64,000 nt of DNA, taken from Bythopirellula sp. GTDB lineage: Bacteria > Planctomycetota > Planctomycetia > Pirellulales > Lacipirellulaceae. The translations under genes and the position numbers were made by a program. The notes beneath the pieces are model-generated. The model had not been told where the DNA came from. It saw nothing but the letters and a program-made list of their open reading frames with translations, and made no database searches. Positions 1 through 10,266 of the stretch are shown here, one piece after another. Location of the stretch: contig OZ244170.1 in NCBI GenBank assembly GCA_965216565.1, positions 4,928,001 through 4,992,000 on the forward strand. The letters are read 5' to 3'. How positions within the stretch are numbered: the stretch's first letter is position 1; the number at the start of each line of letters is the position of its first letter.

Positions 1-1101
1 CTTAATACTGCTATCGTGCGTCACTTGCGGACGTTCGGCGACAAACTTGTAGCCCTCGAACTGCTCGCCGGTGCCAAACACGAACGAGCCGTGATGTCCA
101 CGAATCACCTGGTTGATGGGAGTTTCCTGACAACACATGGTGGCGGTGACAAATCCCTGTACGCCTTCGTGAAAGTCGGCCACGACCGTCGCAACGTCCG
201 GTACGTCGCGACCATCGTACTCCAGGAAGATACCGCCCGACCCGGTCACCCGCCCAGGAAACCGCAACCCCGTAGCCGCCAGCATGGAAGTGGTACGGTG
301 CACAAACAAATCGGTAAAGAGCCCCGAGCCAAATGGCCAGTAGCAACGCCACTGCGCAAACTTGGCCCGATTGAAGGGCATCTCCGGGGCTAAGTCGAAC
401 TCAGTTCCCAAAAACATTTTCCAATCGATGTGTTTAGGTGTCATATCTTTGGTCAGTTCGTAGTACCTCCACTGACCCATGTCTGAATTGCGGAAGATCT
501 CGGTTTGGTACTGCACCATTTTGCCGAGTTTTCCCTCAGTAATCTTGCGACGCGCGTCCTCCCAAATCGGCAATTGAGTTGACTGGACGCCTACCTGCAT
601 CACCAAGCCCGAGTCTTTCCAAGCCTTGTGCACGGCCAGGGCTTCGTCGACGGTATGCGTCATCGGTTTCTCGCAGTACACATGCTTGCCGGCTGCAAGA
701 GCATCGAGTGTTTGCCGGGCATGCCAGTGATCGGGGGTGCTGATCACCACCGCGTCGATCGACTTGTCGTTGATAATGTCGCGGTAGTCCTCACATACTT
801 TTGGCTCATGTTTTGTCCCCTCCAAAATCTTATCGACAGCCCGGGTCCGATAACGATCGAAGACATCGCAGACCGAGGCAATTTCGATTGTCTTCTGTTC
901 CTGCTGGATTCGCATCGCCGACTTCAAATGCATCTGACAACGGCCACCCAAACCGATGAATCCCAATCGCAACCGATCAGCAGCATCAGGGGACTTCTCC
1001 TCTGCGGCTGCCATAACGCTCGCAGAGGCAGCTAACGCGGCCGTCGCAGTCGAAGCCTGGATGAAGTCTCTTCGCGAAACGGAGGGCTGTTTCGTTTTCA
1101 T
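1..1101 (-). CDS. Tat-exported Gfo/Idh/MocA family oxidoreductase (partial, runs off the window start)
   Basis: Manual translation from ATG at 1101: MKTKQPSVSRRDFIQ (twin-arginine signal), LRLGFIGLGGR (Rossmann fold), STPDHWH, GKHVYCEKP. Frame stays open to position 1. Missing from the ORF track because it has no stop in the window. Confidence 0.9.
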   Translation of the reverse strand, partial: MKTKQPSVSRRDFIQASTATAALAASASVMAAAEEKSPDAADRLRLGFIGLGGRCQMHLKSAMRIQQEQKTIEIASVCDVFDRYRTRAVDKILEGTKHEPKVCEDYRDIINDKSIDAVVISTPDHWHARQTLDALAAGKHVYCEKPMTHTVDEALAVHKAWKDSGLVMQVGVQSTQLPIWEDARRKITEGKLGKMVQYQTEIFRNSDMGQWRYYELTKDMTPKHIDWKMFLGTEFDLAPEMPFNRAKFAQWRCYWPFGSGLFTDLFVHRTTSMLAATGLRFPGRVTGSGGIFLEYDGRDVPDVATVVADFHEGVQGFVTATMCCQETPINQVIRGHHGSFVFGTGEQFEGYKFVAERPQVTHDSSIK

Positions 1102-1277
1102 ATTTCTAAATCTCATAAAGTACCGAACGGTTGCGAGGACAGCCTAATAGTGTAATAGTTTTAGCCAGAGAATCCGATTCGCTATTGCGCACAGCATTAC
1201 AGCAGATGCGCAATATTAAATGGATGAAGACTTGCAGCAAAACAGCTTAGTTCTCATCGAGACGTAGGCTAGATCAT

Positions 1278-2228
1278 ATGACGAAATCTCTGAATCTCAA
1301 TCAACGCGCCGCTAGTGTGTGCGATGAAATGGCCTCGCGCGCCGGCGAATTGGGAATTGCAGTTGAAGAATCGGCCGCTGGCACGCGCCTGTTCGATTGT
1401 GGGATCAAACAGCCAGGAAGTCGCGAGGCTGGATTGCTGCTCGCCAAGGTTTGTCTGGCCGACCTGGGGGACGTCGCCATTTTGCCAGCAGAATCTTGGC
1501 CGAGGGTTGTGGTGAAAACTTCTCAGCCCGTGGCGGCTTGCATGGCCTCGCAGTACGCGGGCTGGGAGATTAAAGGCCAAGACTATTTCGCCATGGGCTC
1601 AGGTCCCATGCGAGCTGCGTCCGCACGTGAACCACTGTTCAAAGATATCGGCTACAGGGAATCTGCCGATCAATGTGTGGGTGTCCTGGAAGCAGCCCAA
1701 CTTCCCTCGCAAGATGTGTGCCGGGATATTGCTGAAAAGTGTGGTGTCGCGGCTGATTGTTTAACCCTGCTAGTTGCCCCAACAAGTAGTATCGCCGGCA
1801 CTCTGCAAGTTGTCGCCCGCAGTGTCGAGACGGCCTTGCACAAACTTCACGAACTGGGGTTTGATCTCTCAAGAATCGAACAAGCGAGTGGCTCCGCGCC
1901 CCTTCCGCCGGTGGCGAGCGATGATCTTGCTGCGATTGGATTGACGAATGATGCAATTCTCTACGGTGCCAAAGTGATACTAAGTGTCCGCGGCGACGAC
2001 CAATCGCTTATTGACATTGGTCCCCAAGTGCCCAGTTCGGCGTCTGCTGACTTCGGCCTGCCCTTCGGCGAAGTGCTGGCCAAGTACAACAATGATTTCT
2101 ATCAGGTCGACCCATTGCTCTTTAGCGCTGCCGTCGTGCAGTTCGAGAATCTCGACACAGGCGAAACTCACCGTTTTGGGGAACTCCGTAAGGACATCAT
2201 TCGTCGTAGCTTTGCTAAATCTCCATAG
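1278..2228 (+). CDS. mch: methenyltetrahydromethanopterin cyclohydrolase
   Basis: Motifs ACMASQYAGW, FAMGSGPMRA, APTSSIAGTLQVVARSVETALHKLH, TNDAILYG, DFYQVDPLLFS are typical of Mch. Confidence 0.95.
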   Translation: MTKSLNLNQRAASVCDEMASRAGELGIAVEESAAGTRLFDCGIKQPGSREAGLLLAKVCLADLGDVAILPAESWPRVVVKTSQPVAACMASQYAGWEIKGQDYFAMGSGPMRAASAREPLFKDIGYRESADQCVGVLEAAQLPSQDVCRDIAEKCGVAADCLTLLVAPTSSIAGTLQVVARSVETALHKLHELGFDLSRIEQASGSAPLPPVASDDLAAIGLTNDAILYGAKVILSVRGDDQSLIDIGPQVPSSASADFGLPFGEVLAKYNNDFYQVDPLLFSAAVVQFENLDTGETHRFGELRKDIIRRSFAKSP

Positions 2229-2245
2229 AACTCGAGTTGGTCCGC

Positions 2246-3124
2246 ATGCGCATCGCAATTCTAGGCTCCCCTCAGAGTTGGTATGTTGACGACCTGAAAC
2301 GGGCCGCCGGTAGTGGAGATGAAATATTTTCAGTTAGTTATGATCAGCTTCACTCGTTAATCGAGCCCAGCGCCATTCAGGTTTCGTCAGGTCCTGAGAA
2401 CCTGGCCCTCTGCGATGCCGTGCTGGTACGGACGATGCCGCCCGGTAGCTTGGAGCAAGTAGTGTTTCGTATGGATGCACTGGCACAGTTAGAGACGGCC
2501 GGCGTGCGCGTGGTCAATGCCCCAAAGGCCATCGAGGTCGCGGTCGACAAATACCTGGCTAGTGCCCGACTCCAGCAGGGAGGGCTGCTCGTTCCCAAAA
2601 CGATCGCCTGTCAAACTGTCGACCAGGCCAGCGCCGGATTTGAATTGCTAAATGGCGATGTTGTGGTGAAACCGATCTTCGGCGGCGAAGGGAGAGGCAT
2701 TTCGCGATTTACCGACTTAGCCACCGCCCAATCCGCTTTCGAAGAATTGGAAGCGCAGGGTTCAGTGATCTATCTGCAGGAATTTGTTGACCACGAGGGG
2801 CACGATCTGCGCTTGCTGGTCGTAGGCAATAAAGTGTTGGGCATGAAACGATCGAACCCCGACGACTGGCGTACCAACATCAGTCGCGGCGCTCGCGCCG
2901 AGCCCTTGGAAGTTACTGCGGAACTGGCAGAGATTGCGTGTTGCGCAGCGGGCGCAGTTGGTGCGGAGATTGCCGGTGTCGATTTGCTACCCGCCCAAGA
3001 TGGCAGGCTCTACGCCTTAGAGGTCAATGCCGTCCCTGGTTGGCGGGCATTGGCAGGTTGTACGGGCGTTGACGTTGCACGACTGGTGCTGGAGCAATTG
3101 GCGATCGACATCCTTGCCGAATAG
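2246..3124 (+). CDS. RimK-family ATP-grasp ligase (H4MPT alpha-L-glutamate ligase-like, orf5/MptN)
   Basis: GSLEQVVFRMDAL, VVKPIFGGEGRG, DWRTNISRG, AGVDLL, LEVNAVPGW; lies directly after mch. Confidence 0.88.
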   Translation: MRIAILGSPQSWYVDDLKRAAGSGDEIFSVSYDQLHSLIEPSAIQVSSGPENLALCDAVLVRTMPPGSLEQVVFRMDALAQLETAGVRVVNAPKAIEVAVDKYLASARLQQGGLLVPKTIACQTVDQASAGFELLNGDVVVKPIFGGEGRGISRFTDLATAQSAFEELEAQGSVIYLQEFVDHEGHDLRLLVVGNKVLGMKRSNPDDWRTNISRGARAEPLEVTAELAEIACCAAGAVGAEIAGVDLLPAQDGRLYALEVNAVPGWRALAGCTGVDVARLVLEQLAIDILAE

Positions 3125-3202
3125 TTGATTCCCCGAAAAATTTTGTCGAGAATAGCATTTCTAATCTGCATGTCGAATCGTCCTATTGGGGAGTCTGTTT
3201 GA

Positions 3203-5275
3203 ATGTCCTGGCTTGCTTGCGAACTCCAGAAGTCTGTCACCTTGTTGTTGCTTTTTGTACTTGGGTTGTGGAGTCTGGAAAGCATTGCCGCTGAGTCGCG
3301 GATTTGGTCGGATAAGAGCGGCAAATACCAGATCAAGGCGAAGTTTGTCGACGTGAAAGATGGCAACGTGCGGCTGGAGCGTCCCAATGGCGACATCACC
3401 TCGGTCCCCCTCGCAAAACTTAGCAAAGACGACCAACTCTTCATCCGCAAGGCCAACAAGACGCAGAAGGTTGAGAAGAAGCGAGACTCAGGCCTCCAAG
3501 TTGGCGACCGGGTCGAGGCGAAGCATTTTCGCAAGTGGGAGATCGGTACGGTCACCTCGATCGATTACGAATGGGAAACGGCAAAGGTAAAACTAGACAA
3601 CGGGCGCACCAGTATGGAATGGCCCAAAGACATGGATGAACTCCGCTATCCTGGCACAGACAGGCAGCCCGTTCTCCAAAAAACTGCAGATCCCTCGAAC
3701 TCTGAGCTTGCCGACAAACTAGAGCTCACGATCACTGATACCTCGGACATGGCAAATCTATTGGCCGACGCCCCGGTTGGTGGGAGCCTCACGCCCGATC
3801 CAATGCAGCGAGGTTCGGGAGGTTGGAATCCTCGAGCCATCCGTCTCAGTTCGCCGAATGACTTTTTCGAGCAGATATCCGATTTTTCAGTCTCAGGCTC
3901 AGACCCTCCGCTGGCGATTGTCGTCTACGAAGGTCATTCCCGGGGTCGACGCAATGAGGATCCTGCGCGGATCGAACTAGTCGATCTGGTAACCAGAAAA
4001 CAAGTCGTGACTGGTGCTGCTCCCCCAAACACCAAGAAAGCGATCCTGTCCCCCGCGGGGACCAAGATTGCTACTATTCCAGAAGTCCTGGGCGCGAACG
4101 AAGGAACGGGCCAAATAGATTTCTGGAAGATCGATGGTAAGAATGTCGACCATTGGATTAGCTTCGCGCCGTACCGGCAGTACGCCTGGCCCAATTTGGA
4201 TGTGGAATGGATGGATTGGGTCGACGAGGAGCATGTGCTTACCACCAATCAAGAAGGCAAAACTATCCTGTGGCAAGTTGAGAAGGCGAAAGCAGTTTAC
4301 GAGTTGCTAACTGGGAGAGGTTCGAAACCAATTCTCAGCCATGGCAGGAAGCAGCTTATTGTGCCCGCCAGTGATGGACTGCAAATCTTCGAAGCGAAGA
4401 CGGGTGAAACGCTCGCTCAAGTGGGCAGCGGCAACTTTCAATACGCCAGCCTGGCCCTCTCCCCAGATGGCAAGCAACTCGCAGCAGCCAAGTCAGACTT
4501 TATCGACATTGTTGATCTCATGACAGGCGAGACGGTCAAGTCTTTCCCATGTGAAGGGGCACATCAAAACGCGAATCTATGGTGGATCGATCAAGATCAT
4601 CTGTTCGTCAACAACAAATATATAGTTGATGTCGCACGGCGCTTTGTTGCCTGGCAGTACGATGTCGACAGTCGCTTTGTCAAACCGTCTCTCGGCACGC
4701 AGTGGGCTTTGCTCGAAAATCGGGGGAGTGGACTGCGGGTCTTGCAGCCGTTTGAGCTACCGCCCCCGGAGGCCCAGAGTGCGATGTCGGGAATCAGCGA
4801 GGAGCAATTATTAGCCGTCAAACCCGGGGCAGCGATTAGCATCAAAGTCCAAATCAACGACGCGCTACTGAGAGATGATGTCGAGGCTGCCTTGAAAGAA
4901 TCGCTGATTGCCGCGGGGATGGAGGTTGGCGAGGGTGGTCCACTGCAACTAATCGCCCGCATGGAAAGTGGCGAACGAGTGACCCTCAACTACCGTAGCT
5001 TTAGCGCCTTCGATCGCACCAACGAAAAGATCGACGTAACGACGCGCGTTTACAAACTTGAGTTGCTCCAAGATGGTGTGCCCATCTGGAATCGCACGTC
5101 CAAACAATCTCCTCCTCATTTTTTACGACTACAGGAGGGTGAGTCGATTCGCGCCGGCATAGCTCGTGTCATGAAACCCAACAGTGGTAGTTTTCGGGGC
5201 AGGCTTCCTTCTTACGTCGTAAAGCCCGAATATCGCGAGCCGCAGGGCACGTCGAAGCTTTCGGTGGCAAATTAA
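3203..5275 (+). CDS. secreted SHD1-domain protein with SH3/Tudor-like module and WD40-like beta-propeller
   Basis: Signal peptide, then RIWSDKSGKYQIKAKFV...VPLAKLSKDDQ (SHD1 pattern), VGDRVEA..W..GTV, and repeated LSPxG/W-D blade motifs. Confidence 0.75.
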   Translation: MSWLACELQKSVTLLLLFVLGLWSLESIAAESRIWSDKSGKYQIKAKFVDVKDGNVRLERPNGDITSVPLAKLSKDDQLFIRKANKTQKVEKKRDSGLQVGDRVEAKHFRKWEIGTVTSIDYEWETAKVKLDNGRTSMEWPKDMDELRYPGTDRQPVLQKTADPSNSELADKLELTITDTSDMANLLADAPVGGSLTPDPMQRGSGGWNPRAIRLSSPNDFFEQISDFSVSGSDPPLAIVVYEGHSRGRRNEDPARIELVDLVTRKQVVTGAAPPNTKKAILSPAGTKIATIPEVLGANEGTGQIDFWKIDGKNVDHWISFAPYRQYAWPNLDVEWMDWVDEEHVLTTNQEGKTILWQVEKAKAVYELLTGRGSKPILSHGRKQLIVPASDGLQIFEAKTGETLAQVGSGNFQYASLALSPDGKQLAAAKSDFIDIVDLMTGETVKSFPCEGAHQNANLWWIDQDHLFVNNKYIVDVARRFVAWQYDVDSRFVKPSLGTQWALLENRGSGLRVLQPFELPPPEAQSAMSGISEEQLLAVKPGAAISIKVQINDALLRDDVEAALKESLIAAGMEVGEGGPLQLIARMESGERVTLNYRSFSAFDRTNEKIDVTTRVYKLELLQDGVPIWNRTSKQSPPHFLRLQEGESIRAGIARVMKPNSGSFRGRLPSYVVKPEYREPQGTSKLSVAN

Positions 5276-5475
5276 CCCAACTTGTGGGTGCTTTTCTTGC
5301 AAGATTCTCCTATTCGCAGCGAATAGCTGTTGATATCTGACAAAATACGACGGCGAAGTTTGCAAAAATTGGGGACATTCCGCAGGGAATCTGTGCCGCC
5401 GACTTCGCGATCTGATGGCAAAGTGGCTACACTTTGGGGGTGCGAACACTTCTGCTGGCCGAGAGGAGGTTGGTG

Positions 5476-6162
5476 ATGCTTTACACAATCTTTCTTTTCA
5501 CCGCGCTCATTGGCGGCACCGTCATGGTGTGCCAGTTTTTGATGACGATGCTTGGCTTGAGCGATGCCGACGGGGGCTTCGGAGATGTCGACGGCGGTGA
5601 CTTTGGTGCCGACGTGGGAGACTTTGATGCCGCTGCGGATGTCGACATCGATGCCGACTTCGATGTCGAAGGCGATCATCAGACCTCGATGCACCATGCA
5701 GCCGATGCGGATGTCGATCACCCGGCGAGTGCCCGTTTGTTCCAAGTCCTTTCGTTCCGGGCTGTCGTTGCAGCGCTCACGTTTTTTGGACTGGGTGGTT
5801 TAGGGGCGCTTTCCAAGGGCTATTCACCCACGATTGCCCTGATGATTGCCGCACTCGCCGGTTGTACTGCGCTTTACGGAATGTACCGACTTATGAAAGC
5901 CATCTACTCGTTTCAGAGTTCAGGAAATGTCAACCTGCGAAACGCTGTAGGCCGAGCAGCTAAGATCTACGTACCCGTGCCCGCCTCGGGCGACGGGAAA
6001 GGCAAAGTATTGCTCACCGTGCAAGGCCGCACGATGGAATTGGAAGCGGTGACTGACGAACCACAGAATCTCTCCACCGGCGAAGATGTCGTGGTGGAGC
6101 ACATCATCGGCGACGACGTCGTAAAAGTTGCTCGTCGCACTGCAGCAACTATGGAAGTGTGA
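5476..6162 (+). CDS. NfeD-like (YuaF/YqiJ-type) membrane protein
   Basis: RBS GAGGAGG before ATG 5476. TM helices, Asp/His-rich loop, C-terminal OB-fold (GKGKVLLTVQGRTMELEA...GEDVVV). Precedes flotillin. Confidence 0.8.
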   Translation: MLYTIFLFTALIGGTVMVCQFLMTMLGLSDADGGFGDVDGGDFGADVGDFDAAADVDIDADFDVEGDHQTSMHHAADADVDHPASARLFQVLSFRAVVAALTFFGLGGLGALSKGYSPTIALMIAALAGCTALYGMYRLMKAIYSFQSSGNVNLRNAVGRAAKIYVPVPASGDGKGKVLLTVQGRTMELEAVTDEPQNLSTGEDVVVEHIIGDDVVKVARRTAATMEV

Positions 6163-6209
6163 AGAGCGTACACATTACCGTTCACTGGGCCTTATAGAAG
6201 GGGGAGACG

Positions 6210-7856
6210 ATGAACGTTCATACACAATTGATTTTTGCAGAGATCCCATTCGAAGTTATTCTTGGGGCCGTCATCGTTTTTGTGGTGCTGGCTTTCTTTG
6301 GCATGATCATTCTGCTGAAGACGAATTACAAACGTTGTAGCAGCAACCAAATCTTGGTGATTTTCGGTAAAACGCTCAAAGGGCAGGCTGCCAAGACAGT
6401 TCACGGTGGCGCGGCGTTTGTCGTTCCGCTCTTGCAGGACTATCGCTATTTAAGCCTGGAGCCGATCCAGATCGAAATCCCGCTCCGCGGTGCGCTCTCC
6501 ATTGAAAACATCCGCGTCAACGTCCCCAGTGTGTTCACCGTGGCAATCGGTACAACGCCCGACGTGATGAGCAATGCCGCGATTCGCTTACTCGATCTTT
6601 CCACCCAAGAAGTGCGCAAACAGGCCGAGGAAATTATCTTTGGCCAATTGCGGCAGGTTGTCGCGTCGATGGGCATCGAAGACATCAATCGCGATCGTGA
6701 TGCGTTCTTGCAGCACATTCAAAACTCGGTTGAACCGGAGCTGAAGAAAATCGGCTTGGTGCTTATCAATGTAAACATCACCGACATTACCGACGAGAGC
6801 GGCTATATCGACGCCATCGGACAGAAGGCAGCGTCGCAAGCTATCCAGCAGGCACGTGGTGATGTGGCCGACGAGGTGAAAGCGGGTGAGATCCGCGTAG
6901 CCGATGCCAACCGCGAGAAGGCTGTGGAAGTGGCTAACGCAACCAAGCTGCGTGAGATCGGCACTCGGGAAGCAGAGCGAGAGCAAGCGGTGCGGGTTGC
7001 CACGCTTGAAAAAGAACAAACGGTCGGCGAACAAACTGCTGCTTTTGAGCGCGAAGTGCAAGTGAAACAAGCCGAGCAGGAAATGCGTATCTCTGTAGCC
7101 GATGCGAATGCGTTGGCCGTCGATGGCGAGAATATTGCTGAGGCCAAGGTGGCCCAGTCGCAGGCAACTCTGCTCACCGAACGGGCTGAGGCTTACGAAC
7201 GCGGCGAGACCCGCAAACGCGAAGCCGAAGCGGCCGTACTCGAGGTGGAGAACCGCGCCATGGCCAAAGCGGCGTTGGCCGAGGCGGAGAAGATCGAAGC
7301 GGAGAAACGTGCTGAGGTCGAGGCACCTGCCAAAGCCGAGAAGGCCCGTATCGTGGTCGAAGCCGAGGCAGAAGCAGAGAAACGACGACTCGAAGCCGAA
7401 GGTGCCGCCGCGGCCATCTACTCCAAGCTCGAAGCGGAAGCCCGCGGTCAGTATGAAATTCTGGCCAAAAAGGGCGAAGGCCTCAAGCAGATTGTCGAAG
7501 CGTGCGGTGGCGCCAAAGAAGCGTTCCAACTGATGATGCTCGAACATCTCGACAACCTGGCCGACTCGTCTGCCAAGGCGATTTCCAACATCAAGTTCGA
7601 CAAAGTCGTGGTGTGGGAAAACGGCGGCAGCAATGGCCGCAGCAACACCGCGGACTTTTTGAACAAGATGGCTGGCACCTTGCCCCCGATGATGCAGGTG
7701 ATGCGCGATATCGGTGGCGTGGAAATTCCCGAGAGCCTGGCCAAACTGTCCGGCGAAGAACCAGTTGCCACGCCTGAAGGTAACGGTCGAGCCAAGGTGC
7801 ACGAATCGGTTGAGGAGTCGGTCGCCGAACGCCCGATTCCACCAAAGGCGAAGTAA
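6210..7856 (+). CDS. flotillin family SPFH protein (FloT-like)
   Basis: N-terminal TM, SPFH domain (HGGAAFVVPLLQ, GQLRQVVASM, INVNITDITDE), long AEA-rich coiled coil, IKFDKVVVW. Confidence 0.92.
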   Translation: MNVHTQLIFAEIPFEVILGAVIVFVVLAFFGMIILLKTNYKRCSSNQILVIFGKTLKGQAAKTVHGGAAFVVPLLQDYRYLSLEPIQIEIPLRGALSIENIRVNVPSVFTVAIGTTPDVMSNAAIRLLDLSTQEVRKQAEEIIFGQLRQVVASMGIEDINRDRDAFLQHIQNSVEPELKKIGLVLINVNITDITDESGYIDAIGQKAASQAIQQARGDVADEVKAGEIRVADANREKAVEVANATKLREIGTREAEREQAVRVATLEKEQTVGEQTAAFEREVQVKQAEQEMRISVADANALAVDGENIAEAKVAQSQATLLTERAEAYERGETRKREAEAAVLEVENRAMAKAALAEAEKIEAEKRAEVEAPAKAEKARIVVEAEAEAEKRRLEAEGAAAAIYSKLEAEARGQYEILAKKGEGLKQIVEACGGAKEAFQLMMLEHLDNLADSSAKAISNIKFDKVVVWENGGSNGRSNTADFLNKMAGTLPPMMQVMRDIGGVEIPESLAKLSGEEPVATPEGNGRAKVHESVEESVAERPIPPKAK

Positions 7857-7901
7857 CTTGTTCCCCGTGATCTGCTCAGTAGCAGATGGAAAACCCTGAC
7901 C

Positions 7902-8345
7902 ATGACTGCGACAACTGCCAACCCAACTGCCCTTGAGAAATGTCGGGAGTGTACTCACCAAGTTAGCGATTCCGCGCTAGCTTGCCCCAACTGCGGAGCG
8001 GCTTTTCCGGCGCGGAAGAAATGGGATGGCTGGGGATACGAGTACAAGTCGAAGGCCAACATCTTCGGCATCCCACTACTTCATATCTCGTTCAAGTACC
8101 GACGCAAGAATGGCATCCCCGTGCCCGTGGTGGCACGGGGAGTCATCTCCATCGGCCAATTCGGAATCGGTGTGATCAACATTTCGCAATTCGGCATCGG
8201 CCTGTTCAGCTTAGCGCAGTTTACCATTGCTCGATACGCCATCGCCCAATTCGCCATCGCCCGCTACGCGCTGTGCCAGATGGGACTAGTGCACGAAGGC
8301 CTGGGCATGCAACTACTCTTCTTGAAAGATCTTTTTGGGATGTAG
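7902..8345 (+). CDS. zinc-ribbon membrane protein with 10-residue QF repeats
   Basis: CREC-x10-CPNCG, IFGIPLLHI, then repeats IGQFGIG/ISQFGIG/LAQFTIA/IAQFAIA. Confidence 0.7.
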   Translation: MTATTANPTALEKCRECTHQVSDSALACPNCGAAFPARKKWDGWGYEYKSKANIFGIPLLHISFKYRRKNGIPVPVVARGVISIGQFGIGVINISQFGIGLFSLAQFTIARYAIAQFAIARYALCQMGLVHEGLGMQLLFLKDLFGM

Positions 8346-8492
8346 AAAGAAGCCGCAGTTTTCAGGCGAAAGACGATACTAAACTTTAGCCGCGAGCCTA
8401 CGACTCCCCGGTGCCGTACGCCGCGTAGTGTCTTAGGTGGGTTCGGTGTTGGTGTGGTTCACGTGCGCAACGCAGTGTGCCACAATGGTGCG

Positions 8493-10223
8493 ATGCCCAA
8501 CTCCACCCTCCAGCCTGTCGCCTCCAGCCTCAACGTCGCCGATCGGCTTGCTGCCATTGCTGCGAAGTACCCCGATGCCGTGGCGGTAGCGACCCCGGGT
8601 GGCGACGACGTGGCGGGCGATAATTCGTATTCCACTTGTACATTCGCTGAACTGGATCGGGACGCTACCTCGCTGGCCCGTGGATTTGTGGAACTAGGCG
8701 TCGAGCCGGGCACACGGTTGGTATTGTTAGTCCGGCCGGGAATCGAGTTCGTCAAACTTGTCTTTGCCCTATTACGCTGCGGGGCGACGACCGTGCTGGT
8801 CGATCCCGGTATGGGACGACGGCATTTGCTGCGTTGTTTGGAAGCGACTGAGCCAGAAGGGTTCGTGGCGATTAGCCCCGCGCAGGCCGTGCGAACGGTG
8901 TTTCGCAAACGATTCCAACGCGCTTGCATCAACGTGACGGTCGGGCGTCGCTGGTTTTGGGGTGGCAAAACTTACAAGCAACTTTTGGAACAGGGCAGGC
9001 GTTCCGTCGTTGAGTTGCCGCAAACTCAGGCCGGGGACGCAGCGGCAATCATCTTCACCAGCGGCAGCACCGGCCCACCGAAGGGCGTGCTGTACACGCA
9101 TCAGATGTTCGATACGCAAGCTGCGGAGATTCAGCAGCACTACGACATCCAGCCGGGCGGCGTCGACATGGCCTGCTTTGCCCTGTTTGGGTTGTTCAAC
9201 TCAGCAATGGGTGTGACGACCGTGTTCCCCGACATGGACTTTTCGCGACCCGCCTCGGCCGACCCGCAGAAGTTGCTCACCGCAGCGAGCGACTGGCGCG
9301 TGACCCAGGCGTTTGCCTCGCCAGCGGTGTGGCGGAAGTTGGGCGATTATTGTCGAAACAAGGGGGAGCAGATTCCATCGCTCTGCAAAGTTTTCTCTTG
9401 CGGTGCTCCCGTGCCGGCAGAAGTGCTGCGCGACACCTTGAAGTGTGTGGGAGCCAATGCCGAAATGCACACGCCCTACGGTGCCACCGAAAGTCTCCCG
9501 GTCGCCTCGATCGAAGCGGCGGAAGTGCTCGACGAAACGGCTGAGCAAACAGATGCAGGTGCCGGGATTTGCGTGGGTAAAAAGTTCGACACGATTGATT
9601 GGAAAGTCATTCGCATCTCCGACGAGCCCATTGATTCGATCGAACAAGTTGAGGAACTGCCTGGGGGCGAGATTGGCGAACTCATCGTCCGCGGTCCGCA
9701 AGTTTCTCCCGCTTACGTGGTAGGGGAGGAGCATAATGCGGCTGCGAAAATCACTGACGGCGACACAGTTTGGCATCGCCTGGGAGACGTCGGCTATTTT
9801 GACGACCAGGAGCGGTTCTGGTACTGCGGTCGCAAAGCGCACCGCGTCACCATGGACGGCGAAACGCTCTACACGATACCGTGTGAGGCGATGTTCAATC
9901 GACTTGCCTTCGTCAGTCGCACCGCTTTGGTGGGAGTCGAAGAGCAGCAAACTACGATCCCAGTCATTGTCTTCGAACCTCGACGGATCAATTCGATCTA
10001 TTCCGAGCCTGGCGCACCTTCCACTCCTGAGCAGGTTTATGCAAGAATCCCGAGGGACATGGCAGAACTTGGCAGACAGCATCCTCACCTGAAACGGATT
10101 AAGCACTTCTTGCGACACAATTCACTCCCCGTCGACGTGCGGCATAATTCCAAAATCAACCGCGAATTGCTGGCCGAGTGGGCGGCCTCGCAAATTCCCA
10201 GCGACTCCCACCAAAGCGGGTAA
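8493..10223 (+). CDS. oleC: olefin beta-lactone synthetase (AMP-dependent ligase)
   Basis: LVDPGMG, FTSGSTGPPKG, HTPYGATESLP, WHRLGDVG, WYCGRK, and the OleC-typical C-terminus LPVDVRHNSKINRE; adjacent to oleD. Confidence 0.85.
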   Translation: MPNSTLQPVASSLNVADRLAAIAAKYPDAVAVATPGGDDVAGDNSYSTCTFAELDRDATSLARGFVELGVEPGTRLVLLVRPGIEFVKLVFALLRCGATTVLVDPGMGRRHLLRCLEATEPEGFVAISPAQAVRTVFRKRFQRACINVTVGRRWFWGGKTYKQLLEQGRRSVVELPQTQAGDAAAIIFTSGSTGPPKGVLYTHQMFDTQAAEIQQHYDIQPGGVDMACFALFGLFNSAMGVTTVFPDMDFSRPASADPQKLLTAASDWRVTQAFASPAVWRKLGDYCRNKGEQIPSLCKVFSCGAPVPAEVLRDTLKCVGANAEMHTPYGATESLPVASIEAAEVLDETAEQTDAGAGICVGKKFDTIDWKVIRISDEPIDSIEQVEELPGGEIGELIVRGPQVSPAYVVGEEHNAAAKITDGDTVWHRLGDVGYFDDQERFWYCGRKAHRVTMDGETLYTIPCEAMFNRLAFVSRTALVGVEEQQTTIPVIVFEPRRINSIYSEPGAPSTPEQVYARIPRDMAELGRQHPHLKRIKHFLRHNSLPVDVRHNSKINRELLAEWAASQIPSDSHQSG

Positions 10224-10236
10224 ACTACGAATCGCG

Positions 10237-10264
10237 CCTACACCCCTGACCCTTGACCCCTGAC
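10237..10264. repeat. heptamer tandem repeat (CCYTGAC-like x4)
   Basis: cctacac ccctgac ccttgac ccctgac immediately before the oleD ATG. Confidence 0.65.
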
Positions 10265-10266
10265 TC

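Noticed and set aside
11..1147. Short ORFs listed at the window start
   Set aside because: All overlap the real minus-strand Gfo/Idh/MocA gene (1-1101), which the track missed because it lacks a stop in the window.
6588..7961. 457-aa minus-strand ORF
   Set aside because: Antisense shadow of the flotillin gene arising from codon bias; no protein-like motifs. The same applies to 59261-59941, 61801-62457, 36656-37270 and 9201-10118.
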